Notes: generated by a model not told the origin, from the letters alone. DNA of 64,000 nucleotides from Ionaspis alba (GCA_964255285.1 CAXUUL010000008.1:1-64000), one strand, 5' to 3'. Positions 23,701 to 38,747 are shown, counted from the first letter of the stretch. Translations and numbers: made by a program.

Positions 23701-26657
23701 AGAATTCCTCGATTGACAGATGCAGCAAAAATCGGATAAGGGTTGGAGTCGGCGAGAGCCCGGTACTTTTTCTCAGATTCGAGGCTCACTTTCTGGTCTC
23801 GGGACAGCTTTTCCGCGACGTGCTGGTCGTTGATATCCATAGCTTGGCCATGCCAGTGTTTTACAAATCCGTGTTTGTCTTTGAGAGGTAGTATGCGGAT
23901 CTGGAACCAACGGTATTGTCCATCAAACCTCCTCAGACGAGCTTGTTGAGATACCTGATCACCCAGTAGAAGAGCTTTGGGCCACTTTGTCCGGAATTCC
24001 TTTCGGTCGTCAGGATGCATGTTGTCCCACGGATGATTGTGTATTTCGGCCGCAGATTCGCTGCGATACGCCTGAAATTTTGTGTTTGCCCAAACAATGC
24101 GACCCTTTTCAGCTTCGCAAACGAATTGTTGAGTTGCTCCGTTGTCGATCATAAGTTTGAACATGGTAGACGTAGGGTCTTTGAAATTGTAGTCCAGTTC
24201 CCGCGGGGTCCTGATGTCTCCTGAGGGCTGCTCGGTCTGGGGGACACTGGTCGAGGTACTTGGAAGAGATGGTTGCGTAGCCTTCAAATCTGCACCGTGC
24301 GACCGTAGAACATTTCGTTTACGATCACCATATTCGGGTTCTGGGTTACTAGTACGAGGGTAAGTTGCATTCCGGTTCTCGTCCACTTGACTCGCGGACT
24401 GGCTTTTGAAGGAGAAGTACTCCTGGTCGTTTCCGGAAGTCGTAGTAGGATGTTCTACCTCTGGCGTTTGTCCAGAACGTGATTGACCGACTCGATGTCC
24501 GAAATCTTGAGATACCCAACCAGGAGTACCAACGACCGATCCACCACCTAGCGATCCCCGAGGACTGTGCATGGACATGCTCGAGTATTCACTTGTCACA
24601 CTACTTGTACTCGTTGGAGAAAATGGACGCTGACTACCTTCAAGAAAGGCAATTCCAGCTGTGCTAGCAATACTAGACAGCTGTGGCTGCGGTGGAGGTC
24701 CATGAACGTTCCGTCTGCGAAGCAGAGCGGCAACTTCGTTCTGGAGGTTCGAATGTTGACGAGCGTTGTAAAATGCTGTAGCAAGCAAAGGTCCGAGATT
24801 CTCAAGAGAAGTAGTAAGTGGAGATGGGTAAGGAACAGTAGGGGCAAGAATCGAAAGTATTGCAATGGGCATTCGCTGATTGATCTCGGAAGACGAGGCT
24901 AGAGAAGGCTGGCCGAATTTCGACGTCAACGCAGAATGAGACTTATCGTTTGCTGCACCTCGGACTCCGCTTATGCGTTCGTCAACAAGACGTCTAGGAC
25001 GCTTCAGAGGAGACCAGGTGGGGTGTATCAAAGGAACATGCACGATCGAGCACGCTTGGTCTACCCCAATGGCCGGTATGTCTTGGACTCTCGAGTAATC
25101 ATGTTCTGGCGGGTCTTCCTCAAATGCATTTTCATCGATAGCAGTAGCCGAGAAAAATGGATTTAGTTCCGGATCTGCCTGCACAGCAGGGGACGGAGCT
25201 GGACTTTGTGACCAGGGTGAGGCTGATATCTGCTCATAGTCATCATATGCCGCTGTGAAGGCACGATCGTGTTGACCATCATCTTCCGATGTTTGCGGTG
25301 CTGAAGAACTCTTTGAGCTGCTACTTGTTTGGCTATCAGGACGTTTCTGTGACCTTGATACCTTTGCCTGAACCGAACGATCTCCACTCGGAACTTGGCG
25401 CACTGGGAGCGGTTGTTCAGGAGTTGGCCAGCTTGTTTTCTCAGTCGGTCCTCTCCTCTTGTGCAAACTCATTTCCTGTTCGAAAGAAAGAGACCTGTCA
25501 AAGTACTCACGGGTCAACATGATCGGCCTGCTTTTATCTAGAACTCTAAGAACTCCGGCACTCGTGAGCAAGGGATCAGCTTCTGATTCGAGTGGCTGCA
25601 CTACAGTCAGGATTCTGCCATGCGATGGCCGACTCGATGCATATGTGTCCTCGCTAAGGGTTCCTTTTGGGACTTCTGCATCATGGCGTTGCAACACCTC
25701 AGCACTGAGTTGAATGCTCTTGGTCGGGTTTTCGTCGACAGGCCGCCCTGTGCGCAATGAGAACTGACTGCCCGTACGCACGATTTGCGGTCTTCTAGGG
25801 ATGGTGGATGCATTTACTGCAGACTCCGGAACAGTGGATTGAGCTTTGGGTGGGTATCCGGCGTACGAGTGGCGTGCTTCCATTCTTGGACGCATGGGTC
25901 TTGCTGGACTACTTGATATTGGTGCATTTTTCTCCCTTGTTGAACTTGCAAGTTTGTCAGATTCCTTGTTGCCAATCGTCGATTCTTGACCGGGTGTCTC
26001 GACAGAGCTGCTTCTTGCACTTTGTGGTTCATTTGCTAGTCGGGAAAGTAGATCTTCCTCGCCAATATTGAACGTTGCCATCTGAGCCCAAGGGACATTC
26101 TCAATGTCTGTGCTGTCAGAAGGCACAGCCAGCGTCGCTCGCTCCGCCCCGTAACAATCTTTCATAATTCTTGTGACTTGCGACCAGAAAGGATTTAACC
26201 CTGGTTCAGCTTGAATGCGCAGCATAACGTCGTACAGGTTTGGTCCAGCACTCTGGGCCATCGTGCGCATTTCCGGATTCCCAGGCGGAACAAACGCGTG
26301 CATGGAAGCTGGTGTGAGGTGGCCAGAAGCCTTGAAGTCTTGGGCCATGCGACCCTTTGCCAGTTTCATTGGTGAGGGAGCAACAGTAGGCGACAAAGCA
26401 GTGAAAGGCTTATGGAGAGCTGGGGTGCCCAAAGGCGTACCGGTGTCAACCGTCATGGGTGGAAACGGGTAAGATGGTGTCAAGACCTCGGAGATCGCAG
26501 GCGTTTGAGTCGACTCTTTTCCGCGAACAGTCTGGTTTGATTCCGTCGAGGTTGCTTGAGACCCGCCCATGGTCGGACTGGTAACCGCACTCTCACCCAC
26601 ATGACGAGGAGACGATCGGGCCAATGTCTCCTCAGCGATGGGAGAGAATCTGTCCAT
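20785..26657 (-). CDS. Hybrid sensor histidine kinase (long N-terminus, two PAS/PAC, HisKA, HATPase_c, degenerate plus canonical receiver); architecture resembles fungal group V
   Basis: PAS/PAC motifs MHPDD...RLRRFDGQYRWF and VHPDD...GEFRWHL. H-box SSMSHEIRTPLNGILG, N-box QILLNLIGNAIKFT, G1 DTGAG, G2 GGTGLGL. Receiver VLAVEDN...VV-TDIEMP...SLSAN...KP after two introns. Group assignment is inference. Confidence 0.93.
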
Positions 26658-27038
26658 GCTGACCGACGATTTCAGCAAGCGGCCTCTCCAAGCTCAGTCG
26701 TGGATGCCCACCAGGGCGCGGTTCGGTTGCATGGTTACTGACTGCCTCTCCGCAGTGTGTTTGGATCGAAGGTTTGGAGGCGTGCTGGGAATGACGTAGG
26801 GGGTGTCAGATCCGACGCCTCGCCACGGTGGAATTTTTGACACCTTGACCGTTGTGCGCACCGGTCGATTGTAAATTGATGGAAGAAGAAACAAGAACGA
26901 GCGTGGGGTTCGGATCAATGCGCGGCGTAACTAATTTACTGAAGAAGCAGGAAAGCTGTAGAGAAGGGATGGTGCGAGTGAGGGTGGTAGTCGTAGTGGA
27001 CCAGGAGGAGGTCAGTTAAGGTATTAGGATGCGCAGGC

Positions 27039-27248
27039 AATCATGGCGTGGATGACTTTAGCTTCATGGACCCTTGCGGTGCCTCAGGTGCTGNNNNNNN
27101 NNNNNNNNNNNNNNNNNNNNNNNNNNNNNNNNNNNNNNNNNNNNNNNNNNNNNNNNNNNNNNNNNNNNNNNNNNNNNNNNNNNNNNNNNNNNNAATCATG
27201 GCGTGGATGACTTTAGCTTCATGGACCCTTGCGGTGCCTCAGGTGCTG
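27039..27248. other. Scaffold gap (100 N, 27094-27193) flanked by an exact 55-nt direct repeat
   Basis: aatcatggcgtgg...cctcaggtgctg occurs at 27039-27093 and again at 27194-27248, immediately on each side of the N run. Confidence 0.97.
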
Positions 27249-27733
27249 AGCACTGGAGCAGGGGCAACAGGAGGTTAGCATGGCGAGCCATGGCCGTGAG
27301 GTGTGGGCCTCGGCGGCAGCTAACGCTATCCAGACCAAGGCTTCATTGCTACTCTCCCGCTCGCCAGAGATGGGGACGTTCTATCTGGGAGATGGAGTAC
27401 GAGCGTACACCCATATCAATTCAACACAATTGATAGGACATAGTTATCTCAACATCTGCGCAGAATGCTTTAGTGACTATGAAGAGTCAAGTTGTGCAGA
27501 CCCAGCCAGCATCCTCATGCCTCCAGTGACTCATTGGTATTGCAAGGCCACTTCGACTTCAGAGAAGCAAGATACAGGCAAAACACTCAGTAGTGCTCCT
27601 GCTAAGGGCCTCTGGTCTACTCGGCATCCCATTTACCATTGCAACTCCTTGATTGCAAGAAACGTAGAGCAATTCATCCAGCATACCTTGTGTGCCTATG
27701 CGGCGGATCGCATAACGGGTGCTACCGTCGCAC

Positions 27734-27754
27734 AATAATAATAATAATAATAAT
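27734..27754. repeat. (AAT)7 microsatellite
   Basis: Seven perfect AAT units read directly. Confidence 0.95.
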
Positions 27755-28364
27755 GACATACCGAAATCGTTACATCCCCTTGTCTGTTTGCGAGGAAGGC
27801 AATACCAGCATCGCCTTAATGGTAAATGCTGGTCGTTAGTCCCTCTTGATTCATCCTTGCCAGACTATTCCGAGTGGAATAGCGCCTGTGCAAGCAGTAT
27901 GTGAGGAAGGTCGAGCATCAAGTCCACGAGTCTCCCACGAAGCATCGTGCTCTGTCGTCACTTTGACCGTTTCTCAAGCGACCAGGAAGATGACTTTACC
28001 CGTTGGAATCTTCTTTGATGATTTCGAACCTGAAAGCATCCTTAAATAGGGGTCGGAGTGTAACGATCCTATCCTAGCATCGGCACTAGTGTCCGGATTC
28101 ACTCCCGGGGCTACGACCATGCAAGGTACCCGGACGACTTGAGAATATTCGCACGGCTATTCAGGATCTACAAACATTAAGGCATCTTCTGCATGCTTGA
28201 AGTACTCGATCCGACTGCCTATCTAAAGAATCCGTTCTCGGTACGTGATATCCTGATAGCGTCTGTACGTCCTAGGATGCTCCCACAAACTCCGATGCTA
28301 TATCCCGCGAAGCCAGCAATGTAAGAAGCGTGGGTCTATCAAAGCCCAGAGTCGTCCTGGGCCT

Positions 28365-29687
28365 CTAAGTAGATTGAACTCGAGTCGGCTCGACCGGAGT
28401 CGAGGGCATCGTCTCGATTTGCCGGATGAGGAAGCTCTTCTCATCAGTGAATTGGTCGTCGTCTGTTCTTTCAGCCAAAAACACTGGGAGGAACCTCAGG
28501 AGCCTCTCTCTGTTGTTGAGAAGAATTTTCTGTACTGCAACGGACTTCTTTGGATTGGCCACGAAGACCTTAAGCTCGGTCAGTGTAGGGTCGAACTCTT
28601 AATCTAGGATGCGTACCTTGAAAACATGGAAGCCTTCATACTGCACCATCTTCCGGTCATCCTTCAAGAGGTTCATACACAGCTTGAGGTGATCGCCTTT
28701 GTCGACATAGGCTGTCATGACGTTGTAATTGGCTCTGTCGAGGAGAATCTCTCCTAAGAGCTTGATCGATTGTCTTTTCGTAACATACGATGACGACAGA
28801 ATCAGAACGCTGTTATATGTTGAGAAGAAAAGGTCGAAATTGAGCGAGAGATAATGCGAAACAAGCTTCTTGTGCCGGACGAGGACTTCCTGTGGAACAT
28901 GAGCACGCATTCCAGCTTTTCCCGAGCGTGGTGTCTTACCCTGAAGGTTGTGAAAGCGTCGGTGCTGACTTCGAATGCTCCCTTGTCGATCCAGGAAAAG
29001 AACTGCCAGAACACTCCAAGCCCCGTCTGCTTTTTGTCCAGATCCAGATCCTCGACTCCCTGTTTCCCATCTCCTTCTGAGGGTTGGCTGTACAATATGA
29101 CGATAGCAACGTCTTCGTATTTGAGCGCCTCTCTCAGCACCGTCCCACATTGCATAGCACTTTCCCTGTAGTAATACCCACGACATAGTTCAATGATCAC
29201 CTCCGGACGTGAGTTGACGACATGTGATATCGCGGGAGGCAGGGCCTCGTCGTTGCTTGATGAATTGACCGGCCTGTGACGGAAGACATAGGAAAAGATA
29301 GCTTGTGTGTCTTTGCGTGCTTCGAAGGTAAGACGGTGTATGTTTTTGGCCAGGAAAAACAGGAGGTCCTTTGCGATGATGTTGCTGACTAGCTGCGAGG
29401 CTTGCTCAGGGCTGCTCTCCGTTTCTTAAGGCACAGAGGTCAGTGTTACCATCACTGATGGTAGCGGTCAATTTACCTTGAGTTCCTTGTAGAACCAGCT
29501 TGATTTGCGCAACTGCTTTGCTCAAGTCGTCCTCTACCTATTCAAGGACATCAATAGTGGATTTAGCGTAGATTAACCGAAGAGGTTTGCAGACCTTTTG
29601 GCTGTGGTTACTCTCCAGTCGAGGTAGCAGGTCCCTTGCGAGGCTCACAGGATCACTCTTCTCCTTACTTCGGAATAGGAACGCCAT
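28365..29687 (-). CDS. hymA: Mo25 family protein HymA/Hym1, multi-exon
   Basis: MAFLF start. LTFEARKDTQAIFSYVFR, FEVSTDAFTTF, SYVTKRQSIKLLGEILLDRANYNVMTAYV, QYEGFHVFKVFVANPKK, DDQFTDEK. Confidence 0.95.
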
Positions 29688-30050
29688 CACTTGTGATCCC
29701 TGTCAAGGTGGTGAGCGGGATGGGTAAGACAGGTAAATGTTTACCAAAGACATTGAAAAGATGAGTGGTGAGCGCAATCTGTAGGAGAAAGGAGAAGCTG
29801 CTTCTCACGCAGAAGTGATCGAGGAATTAGACTTGCAATTGTTCTTCTCCGTAGTTAATGCAAAAGTTTCAATAGATTAAAGAAAAGCAAGGCGGCTATC
29901 GCGCTTAATCGCTCGGCCTCAGGATCGACAACCTTGAATCGTGCCTTCCGCACAAAGACCGTTGCAAAGCCAGAAAACGAAGACAAAGCTTTGACAATTA
30001 GATACACTGCTTGAGGAGATCTACCTCACAAGCCCTCCGGCTCATATGCC

Positions 30051-31993
<1,943 letters not shown>

Positions 31994-32306
31994 ACAGACT
32001 AAACACGAGAACTTGTAGGCTTAGGCAGCAAACATTTGTCCTTCATTTCACATTGTTCTTTGTCTAATTGTCTCGAGAAGCCATTGGTAGTGCAGTTATC
32101 TTCAGACCGATAGTCATCATCATCATCAAGCCCGCAAGTTTATGGGCTATCAGCAATCCATCATCCTCAGCTCGTCCTAGGCATCTCAAACTCACGGCTA
32201 TGTTCCTGCACAGATAATGCCGATGGTAGTGCAGATACCATGAATGTCATAGCTCTGTGAACCGGGTACAGTTCTCCTCGCCCTGAGGCTACCAAACGCA
32301 CCTGCT

Positions 32307-33053
32307 TCAAGTTGGTGGCCCGACTTCCTCCTCCTCTAGACCTTTGTACTGAAAGTTCGAAACATGTTGTTTCAATTTCTGGTCGTCTGTCGAGTCGTTG
32401 ATAGCTTTCTCGATGGCAGCTCGATCGACCTCATACAGAAAGTCCTTGCCAGCCTTCGGGAAGTCATCGTCCTCCTCTGGAGCTACATACAAATAGCGCT
32501 TAGCAGCTCTCGTCCAGAACATCATTGACTTGTGGCTGATACAACTTTTCTCTGATTCGAAGATATCGATGAGAGCCAAATAGAATGCCCAAGCGTCCTT
32601 TGAGAGGTGCAATACTCTAAGGCAGCGGATGATGCGCGTGATTCGAAGATGGTTGTGATCAAAACGCACCACCCAATTGCGGGAAGCTCGCGAAAAATTC
32701 GAGCCACGGACAATTTTGATTTTGTGTCCATCGGTCTGCCTTTCGAGTCCGTAGAATTTGAGCATACGGATGAATGATTTCTTCAGCTGGTCACGAAGCT
32801 CAGGTTGTGCATGAAAGGTTTTGTAGGTATCATTGTCTACTATAGGCGCATAGTAGTTGAAAAGGGATTCCTCTGGCAAAGGGAAGAGGGTTTGGATGTA
32901 ATCGTGGCGAGACTCGAGTTTGTTATCATCCCACGCTAGGATAGATGAGAGAGTCCGGCCTCTTGCGTCCGGAGCTGCAATGGCGGGATCGTAGAAACGA
33001 ACTAGAGGAGTGTCGGACGAGTGTTGGCTGGGTGTGGACATCCTCGCAGGCAT
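32307..33053 (-). CDS. Opioid growth factor receptor (OGFr_N) conserved-domain protein, intronless
   Basis: LVRFY...DARGRTLSSILAWDDNKLESRHDYIQTLFPLPE...RMLKFYG...DHNHLRITRIIRCLRVL match the OGFr_N pattern. Start may be 33053 or 33041. Confidence 0.85.
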   Translation of the reverse strand: MPARMSTPSQHSSDTPLVRFYDPAIAAPDARGRTLSSILAWDDNKLESRHDYIQTLFPLPEESLFNYYAPIVDNDTYKTFHAQPELRDQLKKSFIRMLKFYGLERQTDGHKIKIVRGSNFSRASRNWVVRFDHNHLRITRIIRCLRVLHLSKDAWAFYLALIDIFESEKSCISHKSMMFWTRAAKRYLYVAPEEDDDFPKAGKDFLYEVDRAAIEKAINDSTDDQKLKQHVSNFQYKGLEEEEVGPPT

Positions 33054-33501
33054 TTCCAAAGATAAAGAGCATCCCAGCTCGAAGGGACTAAGCAACAAGC
33101 AATTTTAGCTTTGATGTGTAACCATCACGAGATGTCTCAGAGGAGACAAAGAGTTGAGCCTAACGAAATAAAGTGAATGCACCTTGCGGACAGACAACCT
33201 ATTGCGCTGCATGAAGTGGCCGGCAAGCAAGTAGTGCTCCCGCTCAGAGAAGCCGAACGCATAGGTTTCCAACCGCATGATTCCCTAACTTGTAAATGTG
33301 TTGAGTAACCCTAATACAATACTTGACTTGGTAGCCAGTATTGAGCATATCCAGCTATCATTTTACCATGGGCTTTGTTCTGCATCGTACAAATGAGACT
33401 CATTTGAGTACAATTCCTGCGGGGAGCATTTTGGGACTCTACTCGAGTCTTCAGAAGATACTTTTACGAGCAAAATTACAAAGCCTCAGCTCCTCGAAGC
33501 T

Positions 33502-34518
33502 TTAAGCAAGTGGTAGTACAAGCTTTTTCCCACTTAAGCCAGCCTTATGCATGTCCAAGGCGGCCTGCACACTGTCAATTCCTCCCTCCACAAGCTGAAT
33601 GGCTGGACTAGGAACATAGGTCTTGTTGGAGAGTGCTTTCTCCAGCCATTCGTTGAATAAAAAGCTCCCATGATCTGCTTTCTTCGCGACCCTCATAGCA
33701 GCAGTTACCGACATCGTGACCTGGGATGATTTCTGGCCATCATCAGACGCGGGCATCGTCAAGCAAAGTTTTCCTCCTCCAAAGGCGTCGAGGACCTTGA
33801 CACATTTGGGCCAAGTGCTTCCGTCGGAAACTGAATCGAAACCATAGTTAATCTTTGCATCGTGCGACTTAGTCGCCGCCACAATCTTGTCCACGACATC
33901 TGGCTCTTTGTGATCAAAAACACCCACTGCACCTAGCGTTTTCAGATAGTCGTGGTGCTTTGAGCTGGCAACGGCGACAACAGCAAATCCTAGTGAACTC
34001 GCGATTTGCACAGCAGCCGAGCCGACCGACGATGAAGCACCCCAGACAATGAATCCTCCAGATTCTTTCTTCTCGCTTGGTCGGGGAATTTGCAAGTCGG
34101 AGAAGATGCCAGTGCCTGCAGTGGCTACCGACATGGGAAGGATGGCACCCTCTTCGAAGCTCATGTCATCAGGGATTTTAGCCGCTGCCCAGGTCTTCAA
34201 CAAAGTATATTCTTGGAAGCCGCCTTCGTCGATATCTTCACTCGCTATTGAGCCGGCAAATCCTGTTACCCTATCCCCCTTTTTGAAGCGTGTGACGTTG
34301 TCGCCAACAGCTTGAACTTCTCCACAAATATCGCTACCGAGGATAGTAGGATAGGTGTTGATGAAGAATCCGATCGTTTGAATCTTCCAGTCCACAGGAT
34401 TGGTTGCTAGTGCATGGTTCTTGATAAGAATTTCGTTAGTCCTCGGAGTTGGAATATCTCGTTTTTCAACCACGATGCGCGCCTTAGCCTTCGGGAGTAC
34501 GGCTGCCTTATTAGCCAT
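33502..34518 (-). CDS. GroES-like / MDR-family NADPH-dependent oxidoreductase (enoyl-reductase-like), intronless
   Basis: IKNHALATNPVDWK, YPTILGSDICGEV..VG..VTRFKKGDRV, GGFQEY, VWGASSSVGSAAVQ, GLSGKKLV. 338 aa. Confidence 0.92.
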   Translation of the reverse strand: MANKAAVLPKAKARIVVEKRDIPTPRTNEILIKNHALATNPVDWKIQTIGFFINTYPTILGSDICGEVQAVGDNVTRFKKGDRVTGFAGSIASEDIDEGGFQEYTLLKTWAAAKIPDDMSFEEGAILPMSVATAGTGIFSDLQIPRPSEKKESGGFIVWGASSSVGSAAVQIASSLGFAVVAVASSKHHDYLKTLGAVGVFDHKEPDVVDKIVAATKSHDAKINYGFDSVSDGSTWPKCVKVLDAFGGGKLCLTMPASDDGQKSSQVTMSVTAAMRVAKKADHGSFLFNEWLEKALSNKTYVPSPAIQLVEGGIDSVQAALDMHKAGLSGKKLVLPLA

Positions 34519-35692
34519 GACGTTGAGAGTAACTTTGCTGGTGGTGAGCTCGGAGACACTTCTATGATCAATGTAGTGCAGCAGAATAACGTGTGTTTGA
34601 TACTGAGAAGGATACGGAATATGCCAGGCGCCTTAAATAACCCCTCCTGCGTCACGAGACTTGCGGATCTGGCCGGACAGTAGTAAATGCGAAGGCCAAG
34701 CAGAATGCCATGCAGCCTTGTCACCGCAATCCCGCTTCCTCCAAACTCAAGGACATTTACCCTGATATGTTCATTGTCCCGTAGATTCAGCAGCTTCATA
34801 CGCTGGTCAGTCTGCAGCATAAGACAGCGAGCTTTCATAGGGTCGAGGTGTCATCATGCATCTGGCTGACTGTTCTGAATCTTCCGGAGTAAAGAAGCGC
34901 AAACACTTTCCCCCGTTGGGTTCATGCTCGGTTTGACTGACATATGCAGAGGGAACGGAAGCTACTTCGATCACTCTGCAAAGCGATGGTATTTACTCCT
35001 CGTCCTGCCAAACACTGATTGAGTAGCCCTGACGATATGGCATCGATTTCCGCAAGATCCGCACGAAACCCACCGGTCCTTGACCTGCCGGTAGTGGCTG
35101 ATCGAACAGGGCCACCGCCGTCATATGGCTTGAAGTTTACCAAATGCAAATGATGTAGTGAAAGACTGCTGAACAAAGACTCGACCAATATTACCGATGT
35201 AGTTTAGCGCCCTCGCTGTGAGATGAATCGAATCTCAGTTGTATCACGTGCACGCTATTAGCAATACGGGCTCGTCGGGGATCTGGCACCGAGTGAACCC
35301 CTGAAGAGTGAACCATTGAAGGCCAAGAGGGTTAAAACATCTGCTCTCTGGCCGCTCCTACACAGCGCGTCCTCCCCGGAACACACTCTTTACTCGCTGG
35401 TATCGCGTTGGTTCACTTCAGTCATTCATTACCTGCCAATCACCTAGATTCTCGGCTAAATACCAACAGTTCCCTTCTTCTTCACTCCTTTGACTTGATC
35501 GATCCCATTGGTTCTCAGATATCCAGCACATTCACTCACTACCCACACACTCCTTTACAAAGGCGTCTTTCATACCCTTAATATCAGGTTAACAGACCTG
35601 CGATCAGCCTTTCATAGTTGGCGAAGCGGGTCTTCGCTCTTGAAAGTGCTCAGAGCTCACTGCGACAGCTATATATGTTCCACCTATAAGCC

Positions 35693-38600
35693 ATGGACGC
35701 CTCTTCGTCTCCGAGCTCTCTACTGGACGGAGAAGCCCCGGAGATTCGAGACAAAGAGCAGACAATGGCGACCCTCGAGCATCAAACAGCACACACAGAC
35801 TCCTTGGTGACAATCAGACTCTCTTACCCTCGAATGTCGGCTGGGAAGGAACCACGCTGCGAACAATTTGAAATGGCAATCGCAGATACTGAGGAGCCAG
35901 CAAGAGTCCACTTCGAGGAACACTCGTCCTGCCAGAAAGATGTGGAAGCCGCAGCTCCCGAGGCAGGTAGTCCAATTCTCTGCGAATACTTGGAAGAAGC
36001 AATACAGTCCGAACGAGGCTCTTCGGTTTCCAGCAGGAGAGAAACCCTCGTCGAATTTCCAAACATAGAGCTAGAAAACGAAATGCTTCATATTCGGACC
36101 AACAGCGTCGCTAGCTATGCTTCGAGCGAAAGTGTACATGTTGATTGGGAGGAATTGGACAAAAACGAAGAGCAGAAACAACGTGATGAGGGTTCTGACG
36201 AGGTTTAATATTGTCTGTGCTGCGTCTGGGGTATTCTGCTGACTGAGCCTAGTCTACCGCCTTTCTCCTCGCTCGACTGGAAAAAGAAAACAACGCACTG
36301 GCACACGATCCGAAAGCAGGCAACCCCAAGACTCGACCACGCAGTCGATCTCGGCCTCCATCCATTCAACAGCTTAGGAAGCTCGTGAACGAGCCAACAA
36401 GGCCGTCCCTCAGATACTCGATGCTTCCTTCGCCACCTCCTATGACCGAGCTGGAATTTTGGTCCGCCCTCGTCAGCAATTATTCGTCAACAGCACAACG
36501 TTTACCCACCTTGACATCGAACAAGATCAGGAGTGGAGTCCCTGCGCCATTGCGCGGTGTAGTATGGATTAGTATAGCAGGAGCAAGAGACACCTTCTTG
36601 GAAGACGAGTACGATAGATTGTGCGGCGAGTCGAGCCCGTATGAAAAGCTCATTGGTAAAGATATTGGAAGGAGTTTTCCTGGCGTTGATATGTTCAGGG
36701 ATCCGAACGGGGAGGGTCAGAAGATGTTGGGAAAGGTGCTGAATGCTTTCAGTCTATGGGATCAGGAGATCGGATATTGTCAAGGGCTTGGATTCGTTGT
36801 CGGTCCTCTGCTAATGCATATGGGCGATAAAGAGGCTTTCTGCGTCCTCGTCCGGTATGTCTTCCTTTGAGTTTTGTATATTCCAGCTAACCGTTGTTCA
36901 GGTTGATGGAGCATTATGACCTGCGCTCTTGCTTTCTACCCAATTTATCCGGCCTCCATCTACGCATCTACCAGTTCCAACGACTCCTTTCCCAGCATCT
37001 TCCTCAGCTTACCAAGCACCTGGAATCCCTAAATTTGGAGCCGTTATATCTATCGCAGTGGTTTCTGTCTTTTTTTGGTGTGACCTGCCCGCTCCCTATG
37101 CTACTTCGAATCTACGACGTGATCTTGACAGAGGGAGCTTCGGAGACTCTAATGCGAGTTGCCTTATCACTCATGCGAAGAAATGAGAAGAAAATTCTAG
37201 CTACAATAGAATTTGAAGATGTCATGCAGCTGCTGTTGTCACGGGGACTGTGGGACACCTATGGTTGCAATGCCGATGATTTAGTCAACGACTTTTGCGG
37301 CCTGACGGGTCTCGTTACTCGAGAAGCTCTGCGAAAGCTCGAGAATACTTTCAAGGACTCACACAGTGAAGGCTCGACCCCTCATAGTACCTCCCTACCA
37401 AACATCCACTCTGCTGCGTCACGCTTCCTCGGCAGATTCTGGGCGGGCGCTAATAGCACTACTACAAAGGTGACCAGTACAAGTCCATCTCTAGCAGCAC
37501 CGTCGCGGCCCATCAGCTATCTCCGTCGCACTCCATCCAAGCAGAGTATGGCTTCAACTCTGAATTCAGTGGAGAGCTCTGATAGTAACCCGAGTACGAT
37601 TTCAACCGACGCTACTAACTTGTCGCGGCAGCAATCTGCAGACTGGGTCCCGGTGAAGCAGGCACTGGCCATGACAAACGCCGTCGCGACTACGAGAGTC
37701 GTCCAAAACAAGGACAAAGATCTTCACAGTCAGATTGAAGATCTCCTTACCGCACTGAGTGATATGCAGAGAGACCAGAATATTCTATCGAGTGAGCTTC
37801 AAAGGGAGCGCGAGGAACGGGACGAGGATCGAGCGGTGGTTCAACGTGTGGTTGATAGACTGAAAAGCAAAGCCTTATTAGCAGCCATTCCAGAAGACAC
37901 GATCGAGGTAGGCGTAGAAGATCTTCCTAGGCAATCTGATGCTTCATGTCAGTCTCCGGTGACGGTTGACTGTCTGGCTGATTTGGAAGAGCACTTTATG
38001 GTTACTTGCTCCAAGCGACCTTCCATCTCGCAAACAAAGTACCAACTTCGTGAAGACGCTATGAGGTGGAAGAACCAATACAGCGAAGAAGCCTCCAGAT
38101 CAGCCGAATTGTCTCGACAGCTCACAGAAGGGGAGAAAAAGTCCGCACAACTCAAGGAGCAGCTCCGAGAAGCTCGCTCACGCCTCCAAGAGAGTCATCG
38201 AGAGAAGCAAAGACTCGAGAAGACCATCCAGGGTTTCAAGATACGTCGGTCTTCTGTATACGAAACGACAGTAGATTCGCCTTCCTCAACAAGCATCACT
38301 TCCTCGAATGGTCTTCGAGACTTTAAGCTTGGCCGACCTTCACCGCCATCTAGCGCTCAAACGTCACCAGTATTCTCAAAACGTATGAGCAGCCTGAGCA
38401 CACAAACAGTGCTTGCAACTGAAGGCCATCGACCAGCAGGCGACGATGCCCTGCTTCTCGAACTCGTGAATGCCAAGACAGCGGAAGCTGTGGCGAGGCA
38501 GGAGTTGGAAGAGGTTAAGGGCAAGCTTGACTCGCTGAGAAAACTACTCGGTACATCTCCGGGCTCACCAGGGCACCAACGACAAAGTCCCAGTTCTCCT

Positions 38601-38747
38601 GGACTGCCCTTCGGCGCTGCGGTCAAGGGCATCCAAGATCCACCCAAGCTGATGGCACCGCACGGTCCAAGTGCCAGTGGCTTCTTTAGTGGCTGGGGAA
38701 AGAGGAGTGCATCAACGAGCGCGGCTGGGGCTGTAGAGCCTCGGTGA
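35693..38747 (+). CDS. TBC-domain Rab GTPase-activating protein with C-terminal coiled coil (Gyp5/EVI5-like), 3 exons
   Basis: IRSGVPAPLRGVVW, IGKDIGRSFP (Arg finger), GYCQGLGF (Gln finger), YLSQWFLSFF, LLRIYD. Heptad-rich C-terminus. Two short GT-AG introns join the three ORFs. Confidence 0.92.

Noticed and set aside
27039..27248. 55-nt direct repeat as an LTR, target-site duplication or CRISPR repeat
   Set aside because: Both copies abut the N gap exactly. There are no TG..CA ends, no transposase or reverse transcriptase sequence and no spacers; an assembly overlap is simpler.
27280..27738. 152-aa ORF next to the gap
   Set aside because: No recognisable domain or supporting splice structure; insufficient evidence to call a gene.
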